A program made the translations under genes and the position numbers. The notes beneath the pieces were generated by a model. That model made no database searches. It saw only the letters and a list, made by a program, of their open reading frames with translations, and was not told where the DNA came from. A stretch of DNA of 63,930 nt, filler included, from Octopus bimaculoides (lineage: Eukaryota): assembly GCF_001194135.2 (NCBI RefSeq). It is 4 parts of 4 records of this genome, joined end to end, with 100 filler letters (N's around TTAATTAATTAA, not from the genome) between each part and the next. Parts side by side here need not be neighbours in the genome. Positions count along the whole stretch, not along the records: positions 1 to 24,153 come from NC_068989.1; 3 more parts are not named here. One strand, given 5' to 3'. Below are positions 11,379 to 23,799 of the stretch, piece by piece. Position 1 is the first letter of the stretch. Each line of letters begins with the position of its first letter.

Positions 11379-12720
11379 TTTCATTCTCAGGCTGCTCCAA
11401 GAAAAGTGCCAGGAGCAAAACAAAGCACTTTATGCAACATTTGTCGATCTGATAAAAGCGTTTGACACTGTGAGCAGAAAGAGTCTATAGCAGTTCCCAA
11501 AATTCCTAACCATGATCATCCAGCTTCACGAAGACCAACAAGGACAAGTTTGCCTGAATAGCGACATATCAGCCATTCCCCATCAACAACAGCGTGACGC
11601 AGAGCTGTATCCTAGCACCAACTCTTTTCAGCATCTTCTTCAACATGATACTCAAGCAGGCCACTGCAGACCTTGATACTGAAGATGTCTGGATGGCAGT
11701 CTTTTCAACCTCCAGTGCCTACAGGCCCACACCAAGACCCAAGAGCAACTGATCCAGGACCTCCTCTTTGCAGATGATCTGCACTTGTTGCACACAGAGA
11801 AAGAGCCCTGCAACACATCACATTCTGCTTTGCAGAGGCCACCCAGCACTTCAGGCTGGAATCCGGTCAGACACCAACCAGTTCCTCAGGAAGAGTACAG
11901 CCTGCCCCACATCACCATTGCCAAAACAGAACTGAAATCCATACAGCAGTTCACTTAACTTGGATGTACCATCTCATCAGATGTGAGCATCGACAAAGAA
12001 ATTGACAACAGACCTGCAAAGGCAAGCAAAGCATTTGGCAGACTGTAGAAGCATGTGTGGAACAGCAAGGTCAACACAAAAGTCAGTCGTTCTCGCGATT
12101 TTTCTATATGGCTCTGAGTACTGGATCCCCTACTGCTATCATCTCAGACTCCTCAAACGTTTTCATCTATGCTTCCTCAATACCATCCTCAACACTGAAG
12201 CGACTACATTACCAACACTGAGGTCCTCGAGTGAGCAAAGATCACCAACATGGAAGCCATTTTACTTAAGACATGACTGTGTTGGGTAAGGCATGTTGAC
12301 AGGATGAAAGACCACCACCTACTCAAGATCATCACGTATGGTGAGCTCACCACCAGCCACCACAACAGGGGGACACCAAGGAAGTGTTACGACTGCCTGA
12401 AGTAGTCCCTTAGTGTTTGTAACATTGATTATCATGAGTGATCCACACTAACAACTGACCATGTCACTTGGCACCATACCATCAGTGATGTTGTTGGCTC
12501 TTTTGAGATCTCTCACAGTACCTCTCTTAAAGAAAAACGTCAGAGGCAAAAAAAAAAACAATGCAGCTGTATCATCAGACCCTGAACAACCATACCCCTG
12601 TCATCACTGCAATCAGATATGTCGATCCCATGTTGGCCTTATCAGCCATGAATGAGCGTGCAGACGACGTGGACAACAGCCTTCCTAATCTTCGTCAGCA
12701 ATGCCAAGCCAAGAAGAAGA
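11379..12720 (+). mobile_element. Degenerate RTE/BovB-like LINE, RT region to 3' end
   Basis: QEKCQEQNKALYATFVDLIKAFDTVSR, ILAPTLFSIFF, LLFADD motifs with frameshifts; ends in a zinc-knuckle-like PYPCHHCNQICRSHVGL and an (AAG)n tail. Confidence 0.85.
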
Positions 12721-15057
12721 TATAGATATACACACACACGCTAACAATCACGCAAACATACACACACACACACACACACCCAAGCATACACACCCTTGCA
12801 CACATAACCCACATATACCCCCATTCACAAATACCTCCCACACACCTGACAACCCATACATACCCCCATCCACACATACCTCACATACCTCCCATACACC
12901 TACACACACACCTTACATATATACCGCCCACATACATGCGCGCCCTCACACACACATAGACGAACACACATATATACACACACACACCCATATACACGCG
13001 CACGCCTACATACACAGCTGCATACACACAGGAGTGCACACACAAAATAACACACATACCTAGCACACATCCTTACGCTCTCACACACATACGCATGCAC
13101 ACACATAAACACCTCTCACATACACAAAACCACACACACACACACATACACATATACACACATGCACACATACACATATACACACATGCACACACACCTC
13201 TCACATACACAATATACACATACACGCACACACAAAAAATATACACACACGCGCACACACACATACAGACACACATAAACACACACACACCCGTACCTAA
13301 CACTCACAATCCCACACACACTNNNNNNNNNNNNNNNNNNNNNNNNNNNNNNNNNNNNNNNNNNNNNNNNNNNNNNNNNNNNNNNNNNNNNNNNNNNNNN
13401 NNNNNNNNNNNNNNNNNNNNNNNNNNNNNNNNNNNNNNNNNNNNNNNNNNNNNNNNNNNNNNNNNNNNNNNNNNNNNNNNNNNNNNNNNNNNNNNNNNNN
13501 NNNNNNNNNNNNNNNNNNNNNNNNNNNNNNNNNNNNNNNNNNNNNNNNNNNNNNNNNNNNNNNNNNNNNNNNNNNNNNNNNNNNNNNNNNNNNNNNNNNN
13601 NNNNNNNNNNNNNNNNNNNNNNNNNNNNNNNNNNNNNNNNNNNNNNNNNNNNNNNNNNNNNNNNNNNNNNNNNNNNNNNNNNNNNNNNNNNNNNNNNNNN
13701 NNNNNNNNNNNNNNNNNNNNNNNNNNNNNNNNNNNNNNNNNNNNNNNNNNNNNNNNNNNNNNNNNNNNNNNNNNNNNNNNNNNNNNNNNNNNNNNNNNNN
13801 NNNNNNNNNNNNNNNNNNNNNNNNNNNNNNNNNNNNNNNNNNNNNNNNNNNNNNNNNNNNNNNNNNNNNNNNNNNNNNNNNNNNNNNNNNNNNNNNNNNN
13901 NNNNNNNNNNNNNNNNNNNNNNNNNNNNNNNNNNNNNNNNNNNNNNNNNNNNNNNNNNNNNNNNNNNNNNNNNNNNNNNNNNNNNNNNNNNNNNNNNNNN
14001 NNNNNNNNNNNNNNNNNNNNNNNNNNNNNNNNNNNNNNNNNNNNNNNNNNNNNNNNNNNNNNNNNNNNNNNNNNNNNNNNNNNNNNNNNNNNNNNNNNNN
14101 NNNNNNNNNNNNNNNNNNNNNNNNNNNNNNNNNNNNNNNNNNNNNNNNNNNNNNNNNNNNNNNNNNNNNNNNNNNNNNNNNNNNNNNNNNNNNNNNNNNN
14201 NNNNNNNNNNNNNNNNNNNNNNNNNNNNNNNNNNNNNNNNNNNNNNNNNNATGGTCTGGTTATTGTGACTGAAGAGGAGATAACTAATCCAAAATGCAAT
14301 GCATCCCATAGTTTGGTCAGGTAGCACTGCAAGCTGATTAGGTGTATTTACACTCATTTGTCAACAGTGAGAAATTTTCTCCATAACAAAACACAGTGAA
14401 AAGCTTTCTTATGGTCAAGTAGATTTGAACTGGTAACAAGTTTGCATTTATACACATCACTGCTTAGCACTGTTACCCTGTATTTTATTTACAGTGAGCT
14501 GCTTGGATAAGTGTTGATCTCAGAAGACTTTTGACAGAAACCCTTGCTCTGTAATTTGGTGGTTGGTAAGGAAACTGGAGATAAATGGCTTGTGAAGGCC
14601 ATACAAATCTGTACAGAGGGGCAGTAAGTAATGAAACACCTGTCTTGAATTTCCCTGTTATGGCCTAGAAAAAACTAATAAGGAAAGTGACCTAAGAACC
14701 AAATCTTGGTGAGCATCTAACTAAATGCTAAGTTTCTCACTGAACTTCTTGCTAACTTTTACTTTGCTAACTACACCTCTGTACAAGGCTTGCATGGATC
14801 TTGCAAGCCATTCATCTACCCCCAGTTTTCTTAGCATTTATCAAACTGAATGATGACAGGAGTATCATAAGAGAGATATGGTCTCTCATCACTGCCCTGT
14901 CTCATTTTTGTGGGTGAAGAAGAGAAAACTACTCCGAAATGTAATGCATCCCAGTCTGGGCAGGTGACGTTGTGAGCCAATCCAGTATTTAAACCCAATT
15001 GTTAAAAGTGAAAAATGTTCTTTATGATGAAACACAGCTATTCATATTATATCTTAC

Positions 15058-15115
15058 ATTCTTTTCAGTGTTCACTGAGCATGAAACAGCAGTCATGATG
15101 TCAGCATTTTGGTAC
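15058..15115 (-). CDS. Tentative small shugoshin exon (YQNADIMTAVSCSVNTEKN)
   Basis: TAG acceptor and GTAAGA donor; the phase-2 entry fits exon 18357-18532. The pyrimidine tract is weak, and the phase-0 exit needs a further, unidentified exon before the phase-1 acceptor at 6022. Confidence 0.3.
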
Positions 15116-15192
15116 CTAGTGTGAATCATCATGATACAGGCTCTTTTCTAATATTCAGATGGCTTCCAGTCCTTCTTTTCTCAACTACAACT

Positions 15193-15392
15193 TTAACCAT
15201 TCAGCATTTAAACTGGCCATATCCAGCCCAAGCCAGATCTGGCCTTTCACACCTACCCTACAATATCATTCAAAGAATATATAATCACATCATTGAAATT
15301 TAAAAGCTACACGATAATGCATGATTAATTCAAAACAAGGTAAATAAACAAACACTATATTTGACAAAGTAATCTAAATGCTAAAGGGTTAA
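15193..15392. mobile_element. piggyBac-like MITE
   Basis: TTAA on both sides; TIRs CCATTCAGCATTTA and TAAATGCTAAAGGG; a second, truncated copy starts at 40792. Confidence 0.75.
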
Positions 15393-15463
15393 TCCTTATC
15401 TTCTCCAATACCATTGACTGTTCCTGAAAAGGAGTCATAAAAATTGTCAAATTTAGTCTGAAC

Positions 15464-15504
<41 letters not shown>

Positions 15505-16499
15505 NNNNNNNNNNNNNNNNNNNNNNNNNNNNNNNNNNNNNNNNNNNNNNNNNNNNNNNNNNNNNNNNNNNNNNNNNNNNNNNNNNNNNNNNNNNNNNNN
15601 NNNNNNNNNNNNNNNNNNNNNNNNNNNNNNNNNNNNNNNNNNNNNNNNNNNNNNNNNNNNNNNNNNNNNNNNNNNNNNNNNNNNNNNNNNNNNNNNNNNN
15701 NNNNNNNNNNNNNNNNNNNNNNNNNNNNNNNNNNNNNNNNNNNNNNNNNNNNNNNNNNNNNNNNNNNNNNNNNNNNNNNNNNNNNNNNNNNNNNNNNNNN
15801 NNNNNNNNNNNNNNNNNNNNNNNNNNNNNNNNNNNNNNNNNNNNNNNNNNNNNNNNNNNNNNNNNNNNNNNNNNNNNNNNNNNNNNNNNNNNNNNNNNNN
15901 NNNNNNNNNNNNNNNNNNNNNNNNNNNNNNNNNNNNNNNNNNNNNNNNNNNNNNNNNNNNNNNNNNNNNNNNNNNNNNNNNNNNNNNNNNNNNNNNNNNN
16001 NNNNNNNNNNNNNNNNNNNNNNNNNNNNNNNNNNNNNNNNNNNNNNNNNNNNNNNNNNNNNNNNNNNNNNNNNNNNNNNNNNNNNNNNNNNNNNNNNNNN
16101 NNNNNNNNNNNNNNNNNNNNNNNNNNNNNNNNNNNNNNNNNNNNNNNNNNNNNNNNNNNNNNNNNNNNNNNNNNNNNNNNNNNNNNNNNNNNNNNNNNNN
16201 NNNNNNNNNNNNNNNNNNNNNNNNNNNNNNNNNNNNNNNNNNNNNNNNNNNNNNNNNNNNNNNNNNNNNNNNNNNNNNNNNNNNNNNNNNNNNNNNNNNN
16301 NNNNNNNNNNNNNNNNNNNNNNNNNNNNNNNNNNNNNNNNNNNNNNNNNNNNNNNNNNNNNNNNNNNNNNNNNNNNNNNNNNNNNNNNNNNNNNNNNNNN
16401 NNNNNNNNNNNNNNNNNNNNNNNNNNNNNNNNNNNNNNNNNNNNNNNNNNNNNNNNNNNNNNNNNNNNNNNNNNNNNNNNNNNNNNNNNNNNNNNNNNN

Positions 16500-16611
16500 C
16501 TTGCTTAGAAAAATTTTCTTTGCTTTCTGTCTCCCTTTCCCACTTTTTCATTTTTTTTTTTTTGTTAGACGCTAGCAAACACTGTATCTCCCCCGTCACA
16601 AACACACTATT

Positions 16612-16650
<39 letters not shown>

Positions 16651-16860
16651 TCTTCACGCGCGTATGCACAGATTTGACTTCGCCATGTCAACAAACTTCA
16701 AAATTGGTAAAAGTTTATCGATTTTACAGCTATACGCGGGTGCCTCTGAGAGAAAAAGATGACGAAAATGCAGACAGGGTCATTCCGAATCTCCTAAAAT
16801 TGGAGTGACATGCGTGCTAATTTGTGGACGTGCATAAAGTACAATCACGTACACACACAC
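16500..16860. promoter_or_regulatory. CpG-enriched promoter-like patch
   Basis: Local excess of CG (cacgcgcgta, ttcgccatg, tacgcggg) in a CpG-poor background; YY1-like CGCCATGT motif at 16681-16688. Confidence 0.3.
16685..16706 (+). CDS. Candidate first coding exon of a nested antisense gene (MSTNFKI)
   Basis: TTCGCC-ATG in a CpG-enriched patch; donor TTG|GTAAAA at 16707; the phase-1 exit joins the acceptor at 17324 in frame. Confidence 0.35.
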
Positions 16861-17323
16861 ATCCTGCCTTATATATATACGGATATATATCACTTTTCAA
16901 AGTTATCTCTACAGCTTTTAGAACCAGCACTGAAACATACAATGTTTCATATGTGAAAACATCTATGTAAACAATGTGATCAAAGATATTGAGAAAATCT
17001 GTACAGATATCTTTAGATAGCTACTGAATCGCACTGCTAACACAGTGGGACACAGTACTGACTTATAAAAGCCCTTAATATACTTGGTAGCATATGTTAC
17101 TCATATGTCATCTATGAAAAAAATATAATGGGATTATAAACCCTTTGTAAGAATAGTAGAATTCTGTTTCAACCTGGTTTTCTGTAATGGAGTGATATTA
17201 TGCTAAATATTTTTAAACTCTTAATTTAGGATAGTTTCTTTCTTATGTCATCAGAAAAATTTAGACATCTAAATCTAAAATTTTGATTTGATAATTCGCA
17301 GAATGGTAATGATTTTCTTTCAG

Positions 17324-17379
17324 ATTTGCCTGAGGACTGGAAAAGTGCTTTGAGCTCTACTAGTAACTCAATAATGCAG
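17324..17379 (+). CDS. Candidate exon of a nested antisense gene (DLPEDWKSALSSTSNSIMQ)
   Basis: Strong acceptor ttttctttcag, donor CAG|GTGGGT, open frame, phase 1 in and phase 0 out. Confidence 0.45.
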
Positions 17380-17721
17380 GTGGGTTTTGGTTTTATGTAT
17401 TTTACTAGCAGAGAGCTGATCAGTTTGACAGTGGTTACTACAAACTGTTACAGACAACCTACAATGTTCAGTTTTTTCAATCTTCAGCTTAAGTATTGAC
17501 TTCACTAGTGTAGTCTAAGTGAATGCAGGGCACAAACTTTAGTAAAAGATTGGCTATGAGGATATGTTATAATCGTCAAACAAATATTAGGCCATTAGAC
17601 TACAGCTGGATATAAGGTGCATGTGCGTGAGAATACTCTCATATTCATTGCAGTACACATAATACTGGTATTTATGTAATTAGTATGACTATTTTCTAGT
17701 GAAATTCATGATTTATTACAT

Positions 17722-18330
17722 ATCATCATCATCAAACGTCTGTTGTCCATGCTGGCATGGGTTGGACAGTTTGACAGGGGCTGTTAAGTTAGAAGACTGC
17801 ACCAGACACCAGTCTGATTTGACATGGTTTTCTATAGCTGGGTGACCTTCCTAACGCCAACCACTCCAAGAATGTAATATGTGCTTTTACATGCCACTGG
17901 CATGGGTGCCATTTGCATGACACTGGGGTGCTTTTATGTGCTACCAGCACAGGTACCAATTTGCATGACACTAGTATCTGCCACAACTGCAATTTTGCTC
18001 AGCTTGATAGATCTTTTTCTGAAGCATGACATAATGCTAAAGGTCTTGATCATTGCCTCCATGAGGCCCAACACTTGAAAGGAATTGGCCATTTTGCCTC
18101 TGGGAGGCCCAACGCTTGAAAGGAACTCATCTAGGAGGCCCAACACTCGAAAGGAACTCATCTAGGAGGCCCAATGCTCAAAAGGAACTCATCCGAGAGG
18201 CCCAATGCACAAAAGGAACTCATCCGAGAGGCTCAATGCTCAAAAGGAACTCATCCAGGAGGCTCAATGCGCAAAAGGAACTCATCCAGGAGGCCCAATG
18301 CCCACTTTGCCTCCATTCCTTTTGAGCATT
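17722..18330 (-). mobile_element. RTE-family 3' region including a 31-bp tandem repeat
   Basis: Family 3' end at the left; about 6 copies of aaggaactcatctaggaggcccaacactcga at 18120-18305. Confidence 0.7.
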
Positions 18331-18356
18331 AAATTACCAAAATAATATTTACTTAC

Positions 18357-18532
18357 TCTGTAGGAGTTTTTTCTATATTTCGTCCAATTTCTATTGAGTT
18401 TGATCTTGAGTTAGCAGCTGGTGTAGATAAATAAGATACAATACTTTCAGAAATCTCTTGTACTGTTGAAGTAACAATGGTAAGATGTTCACCAATATCT
18501 GAAACCTTTTGCTTAATCATCATCAGAATAGG
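18357..18532 (-). CDS. SGO1: Shugoshin exon following the coiled coil (PILMMIKQKVSDIGEHLTIVTSTVQEISESIVSYLSTPAANSRSNSIEIGRNIEKTPT)
   Basis: CAG acceptor at 18533-18534, open frame in phase 0 matching the upstream exon, donor GTAAGT at 18356 (phase 2 out). Confidence 0.78.
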
Positions 18533-18619
18533 CTGTATGTAAGAAACATCAAAAATATAATTTGTTAATGTAATATATACATTTTAAATACTACAATACA
18601 CAATTATGAATTATAGTTT

Positions 18620-19620
18620 TAAAATAAAGACAGAATGATCAGAAGCACAGCAGAAGGAAACTTCTGCGTAGCTTAAAGGAAAACTTCCATTTCTCTTTGA
18701 AAAGTAGAAAGGGCCATTAAAAATATGAAGACAGGAGAAGTAAGAACACCATTGGGGATAGCTGTCAAGATGTTGAAATTGAAAAATTGAAAAATTGTAC
18801 CAGGCCTGAAAAGAATGGAAGAGGAAGGAAAGAAAGAACAATATCAAGAAGTTAGAAGAGAAGCTATACATCAAGTGAAAATTGAAAGAAGAGGAACAAA
18901 GGATCTGAATTGTGGTATTCAGAATTCCAAAACAGTATCAATCAGGATATAGTTCATGAAAAATACAAAGTATCACAGTTGTCTTCATTGACACTAAAGA
19001 AAAACCTAGCAGGGAAATACTACAATAAGCTAAACAAAGAGAATGCATAGAAGAATAGGGGGATAACTGAGTAGATCCAACAGAAGGACTAACAATTTAG
19101 GTTAACTAAAGTAAACAAGCCTGTTAAAATAAGGCAGAAAAAGTAGCAGGACTATCAGGAGATGTACTACAAAAGAGGAATAAATTAGACGCATTAAACT
19201 GATGGATCAAAACATGAAAGGAGTAGAGAGAGTTTACATCACAGCTTATCAGAGTGACAATCAGCTTAAACAAGGTGCAGTTTAGATTTGTACTAGGATT
19301 GGGAATTACTGATGCAATTTTTTTAGTGAAACAGCTACAGAAGTTCTTACCTAAAAGCAAACTGATTAAACATCATCTATTGACCCACAAAAAGCTTTTG
19401 ACAAGTTACCATGCTCTGTAGTTTGATAAATGCTATGAAAAATGGGGGTAGATGAATGGCTTGCAAGAGCCATGCAAGCCTTGTACAGAGGTATAGTTAG
19501 CAAAGTAAAAGTTAACAAGAAGATCAGTGAGAAACTTAGCATTTAGTTAGATGCTCACCAAGATTTGGTTCTTAGGTCACTTTCCTTATTAGTTTTTCTA
19601 GGCCATAACAGGGAAATTCA
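18620..19620 (+). mobile_element. Highly degenerate RTE LINE (pre-RT and RT region)
   Basis: Remnants resembling 23817-24153 (QF.FV.G..TDAIFLVKQLQ; GVDEWLARAMQALYRG) with many stops and frameshifts. Confidence 0.65.
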
Positions 19621-20014
19621 AGACAGGTGTTTCATTACTTACTGCCCCTCTGTACAGATTTGTATGGCCTTCACAAGCCATTTATCTCCAGTTTCCTTAC
19701 CAACTACCAAATTACAGAGCAAGGGTTTCTGCCAAAAGCCTTCTGAGATCAACACTTATCCAAGCTATGCAGTTATCTCACCAAGAATATAGCATCAATG
19801 GTACCTCTTCCTGGGACAAAATCAAACTGCATCGCATCCAAACTAGTCTTGCCAGTAATCAGTTTCACAATTTTTTTCTCTAACTTTCATAACCTGGTCC
19901 AATAGTGGATGAATTAAATGACAAACTAATACTCAGTAGATTGAAATAAATGGTGATGATATCTAGTTTAGCTTATAATAAATATGAGTCTCCTGAATGA
20001 TTTTGCTTGTTAAG

Positions 20015-20107
20015 CATGGGGACTCAAAAGCTGTTGTGTCGATGCAGTTAAAGACAGGCTATTCATTGGAAAAAATAACCATTAAGAAAAAAAGCAAAAG
20101 CCTTCAG
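20015..20107 (+). CDS. Tentative third exon of the nested gene (HGDSKAVVSMQLKTGYSLEKITIKKKSKSLQ)
   Basis: ttttgcttgttaag acceptor, CAG|GTAGGG donor, 31 open codons in phase 0/0. Could be chance. Confidence 0.25.
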
Positions 20108-20744
20108 GTAGGGTAGCTCTCTGAATTCAGCTGATCTCTCTGAAAGAGGAAAATCTTAAGTGAACAGCCAAGCCAACTGAAACAACTTTTTGATGTGGAT
20201 ACAGCAAAACTTCATTATGCAGTTTGGGATACTTTACAATTTTACAACTTATTTAATTTGATATAAAATTTTATTTTATACAATAATTTTTTCAAATTTA
20301 CCTTGTTTTCAACTTTTTTTAATTTAAATAGACACTTTTAATTAATCTACAAAATGAGTGAGAAATTAAAATTATGTTAATGAATTTCTTCTATTCATGA
20401 ATCATTATTGTGTATGTTTGTGTATTTTCAAGTATGCCTGGATTTATTTCATTTTTGTATATTTTGTATTTATTTTTCTATATTTTTTATATATGAATTG
20501 CAGTATTTTGTGCTATTTTACCTTTATGGTATGCTTGCTTTGGATACAATACTGAAATTCCAATAATGTGCCCAATTCTTCTATATTTCAATTTAGTTAT
20601 ATACCTGTCTAATAACATTTTTTACATAGTGATTGTAAAACGAAATTTTTAAAATTTTACATTTTACTGAATTTACCTATAATTAGTTTTGAGAAAAAAT
20701 TATGTAATTGATTTATAATTAAGTTGTTCCCAAACCGCCATATA

Positions 20745-21700
20745 CAGTACCATGCAAAAGTCTTTGGCACTTTAAACTATTGTTTAAATAAGTGAGAATT
20801 TGTCAGAAGGCCTCCAATAAAGCAAAATGACAAAAACGTTACATGACAAAAACAGTTAAGTTTGGGACAAATTAAAATTATGTTAATTAATTTCTTCTAT
20901 TCCTGAATCGTTATTGTGTATGTTTGTGTATTTTCAAGTATGTCTAGATTTATTTCATTTTTGATGCTTTGAAGATACATGAAAAGTGATGGTTCAAGAA
21001 AGTTGGTTAAAATTGACAGTAACTTAAATAGTGCCAAATACATCCAGTTACTGAAGGACAGTTTGTTACCAGACTTGGATGAAGGGGATATTTTTCAGCA
21101 TGACAGAGCTCCATGCCACAGATTGCGTGCAACACAACAGAGTCTGGCTGATGAAGGTGTCACCGTATTGAAAGATTGGCCAGCTCAGAGCCCTAACTTA
21201 AATATTATCAAGCAAATGTGAACAGAACTAAAGAGAAGAGTTCATCAGAAGAATCCACACAATCTTAAAGAGTTGTGGGAGCTCAGCCACAGAGAATGGC
21301 ATTTCATACCTGTGAAGATGGTGAAGGATATGTATGCATCTCTTCCCAGGCACATTGAAGCAATTATTCAAGCTATGGGAAGCCACACAAAACATTAACA
21401 ATGTACAGTAACTTCGTGAAATGAACATTACGTAATAAATTTTCTGTTTTAAAACACTATATCTTGATTGGTTTATGTGAAGTGGCCGAAAACTTTTGAA
21501 CAGCCATTTTTGGCGGTCATCTCACATTTTCCCCTCTCATTCAGAACCCCTACTACAAAATATAATGATTAGATATGGAAATGACTCCAACAGGGCCAAT
21601 GTTTCATTTGTAATAAACGCAATGTGAAACATTCACTTAAGTTGGTGATTAGTAGAATTTACAAGAGTTTAAAGTGGCCGAAGACTTCTGCATGCTACTG
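20745..21700 (+). mobile_element. Internally deleted Tc1-like transposon with intact TIRs
   Basis: About 33-bp imperfect TIRs (cagtaccatgcaaaagtctttggcactttaaa and its reverse complement), TA on both sides; C-terminal transposase IFQHDRAPCH...WPAQSPNLNII at 20979-21400 with a stop. Confidence 0.85.
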
Positions 21701-21857
21701 TATCAATAAATAAAAAAATTATATTCGTTTTATGAAATCAGTTGAAGTCTTGATTATTTTAGAATTTAATTGAAACATATCTAGGGTGTTTTAGTTAGAA
21801 ATTTAGTAATGAAAGGTGCAATGAAACAAAGATAAATTATTTTGGATGCTTGCTTAC

Positions 21858-22066
21858 CTTCAACCGAGCACCAACTTGCTCTTCAAGACAATGTGAAGCC
21901 ATATACTTATTACCGGCAGCTTCAAGCATCAGATTTCTATTATCCAACCTAAGAGAAGAGATGACGTTAGTGGCCCATGCTAAGTCTTGCTTTGCAACCT
22001 GTAATGCATAAGCTAGAGCTTTGTTGTTAGATCTCAATGTTTGTTTCATTTTTGTTGAAGCATTTA
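21858..22066 (-). CDS. SGO1: Shugoshin exon encoding the N-terminal coiled coil (PP2A-binding region)
   Basis: Translates NASTKMKQTLRSNNKALAYALQVAKQDLAWATNVISSLRLDNRNLMLE..., matching the shugoshin N-terminal pattern as recalled for vertebrate SGO1/SGO2 (..LKxNNxALAxAL..). Polypyrimidine tract and AG acceptor at 22067-22068; donor AAG|GTAAGC at 21857; phase 1 in, phase 0 out. Confidence 0.88.
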
Positions 22067-23799
22067 CTGAAAATAAAATAAATTTAGAAAATTCTTCAAA
22101 TTTAAATATTTTTAAAGTTTTGAAACACTTTAAATTTTATTTTAGTATAAAAAATATTAATAAATAATTCCACAGATGTTTGTACCACCAATATTAGTAA
22201 AACAAAGAGTTCTCTTATACAAAAATAAGTAAACTTATTTATTTGGAAAGCGTAAATGAAAAAAACATTAAAAAAAAAAAAGAAATTACTCAAGGAAATC
22301 TGTTGTCAATGACATCTTTCAATATAGTCAAGCATAGAAGCCAGACATTAAAAGATGATAGATTGTATCAGTGAAAGTAAAAGTGTGTTGCCAGCAGTTT
22401 CATATTACTTAGATCTCATTAGCAATGCAGAAGAAAATATGTTGTCATCATCATCATAACCATTTAATGTCAACTCTTCCATGATTGCATGGGTTGGACA
22501 AAATTTATTGAAGCAGATTTTCTACAGTCAGATATCCTTTCTGTTGCTTGTTACCAGGCAGGCTAATATTCTGCATGACCAGACAAGTTTTCATGGAAGA
22601 TTGTAAATGAAATATACTGCTTGTATGGTGATGTCATTCATTTACAACTGTCATATGAAGTCAAGGCAAGAAGGCAGTAACACACACATACATATATATA
22701 TAAATAAAGATAAATTAAATATAGCGTCACTTCAGAACCAATGGACCCTGAAGTGACATATATAATTGAACTCTGATTATGTATATCAGAAAAAATATAT
22801 ACAAGTCAAAACAATTTGTTGGACTTTTACGGTTTTTATAATTATTTATATAATATTATGTTATGTTATATATTACATTCATAGTATTTAATGTAATATT
22901 GTAATAAATTATAGAATGTCAATAGAACATCTCTCTATATAATTTATCTTTATTATTGAAGTATACCAATATTTATATGGTATCCAACTGAAGTACCAGG
23001 GAATTGGATGTTTAACACACTCCTTTGAAGGATTTCTTTTCCTCAGTTTGTTAATTTATATATATGAATATATATATAAAGTTCCCATCTACCAGATCCA
23101 CTCGCAAGGTTTTGGTTAGCCCAGGACTATAACAAGACACTTACCCAAGGTGCCTTAAAGTAGCATGTAGTTGGGACCATGTGGTTGGGAAGCAAACTTC
23201 TTACCACACAGCTGTACCTATGCTTATGTATCATAATGATCATCATTTAATGCCCATATTCCATGCTGGCATAGGTTAGTCGTGATGTGTATAAGAATGG
23301 TAGCTCATAATTTGCTTACAGAAAAGTATAAATTTGTTTCCCAAACTCAAATCAAGATTGATATGACTTATGCTTCAACTCCATTATCACAGTGAGGTAT
23401 AGACTACATATTGCAAATGCCAACACAACTTGCATGTCATCTAATTATTCTACAAACAGCCAGAAAAATAAAATGGCTAAAATGATAGATCAGAGAAACA
23501 TTAAGAAAAATAAAAAAGCAGAGATTTTGCAAATGATTCATAGCTGAATTCTCCACTGTGGTTGTTTCAACAGAATCAAAATAACTGCAAAATCTGCTTT
23601 CATACTATTCTGAAAATGCTTATCACTTTAGACAATTTTACATAAATGCAAATTTATTCTATTTTTACTTAGTAAAAAGGTGGGTCATTTTAAAATGTGA
23701 TAGATGATGTGAGACCTGCTATAAAAAGTAGGAAAAAGATTCACCAACTATAATACAGAAGAAAACTGGAGTACATATAGTGTTGGGGCATAGGCATCA

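Noticed and set aside
16655-16687. Minus-strand start ATGGCG (MAKSNLCIRA) as an alternative shugoshin start
   Set aside because: The frame stops after 10 codons and has no convincing donor.
12695-16762. Long ORFs (up to 431 aa) in the ORF track
   Set aside because: They consist of (CA)n/(TG)n translation and N runs; not genes.
18120-18305. 31-bp regularly spaced repeats as a CRISPR array
   Set aside because: Units are directly adjacent with no unique spacers, there are no cas genes, and the context is a eukaryotic retroelement.
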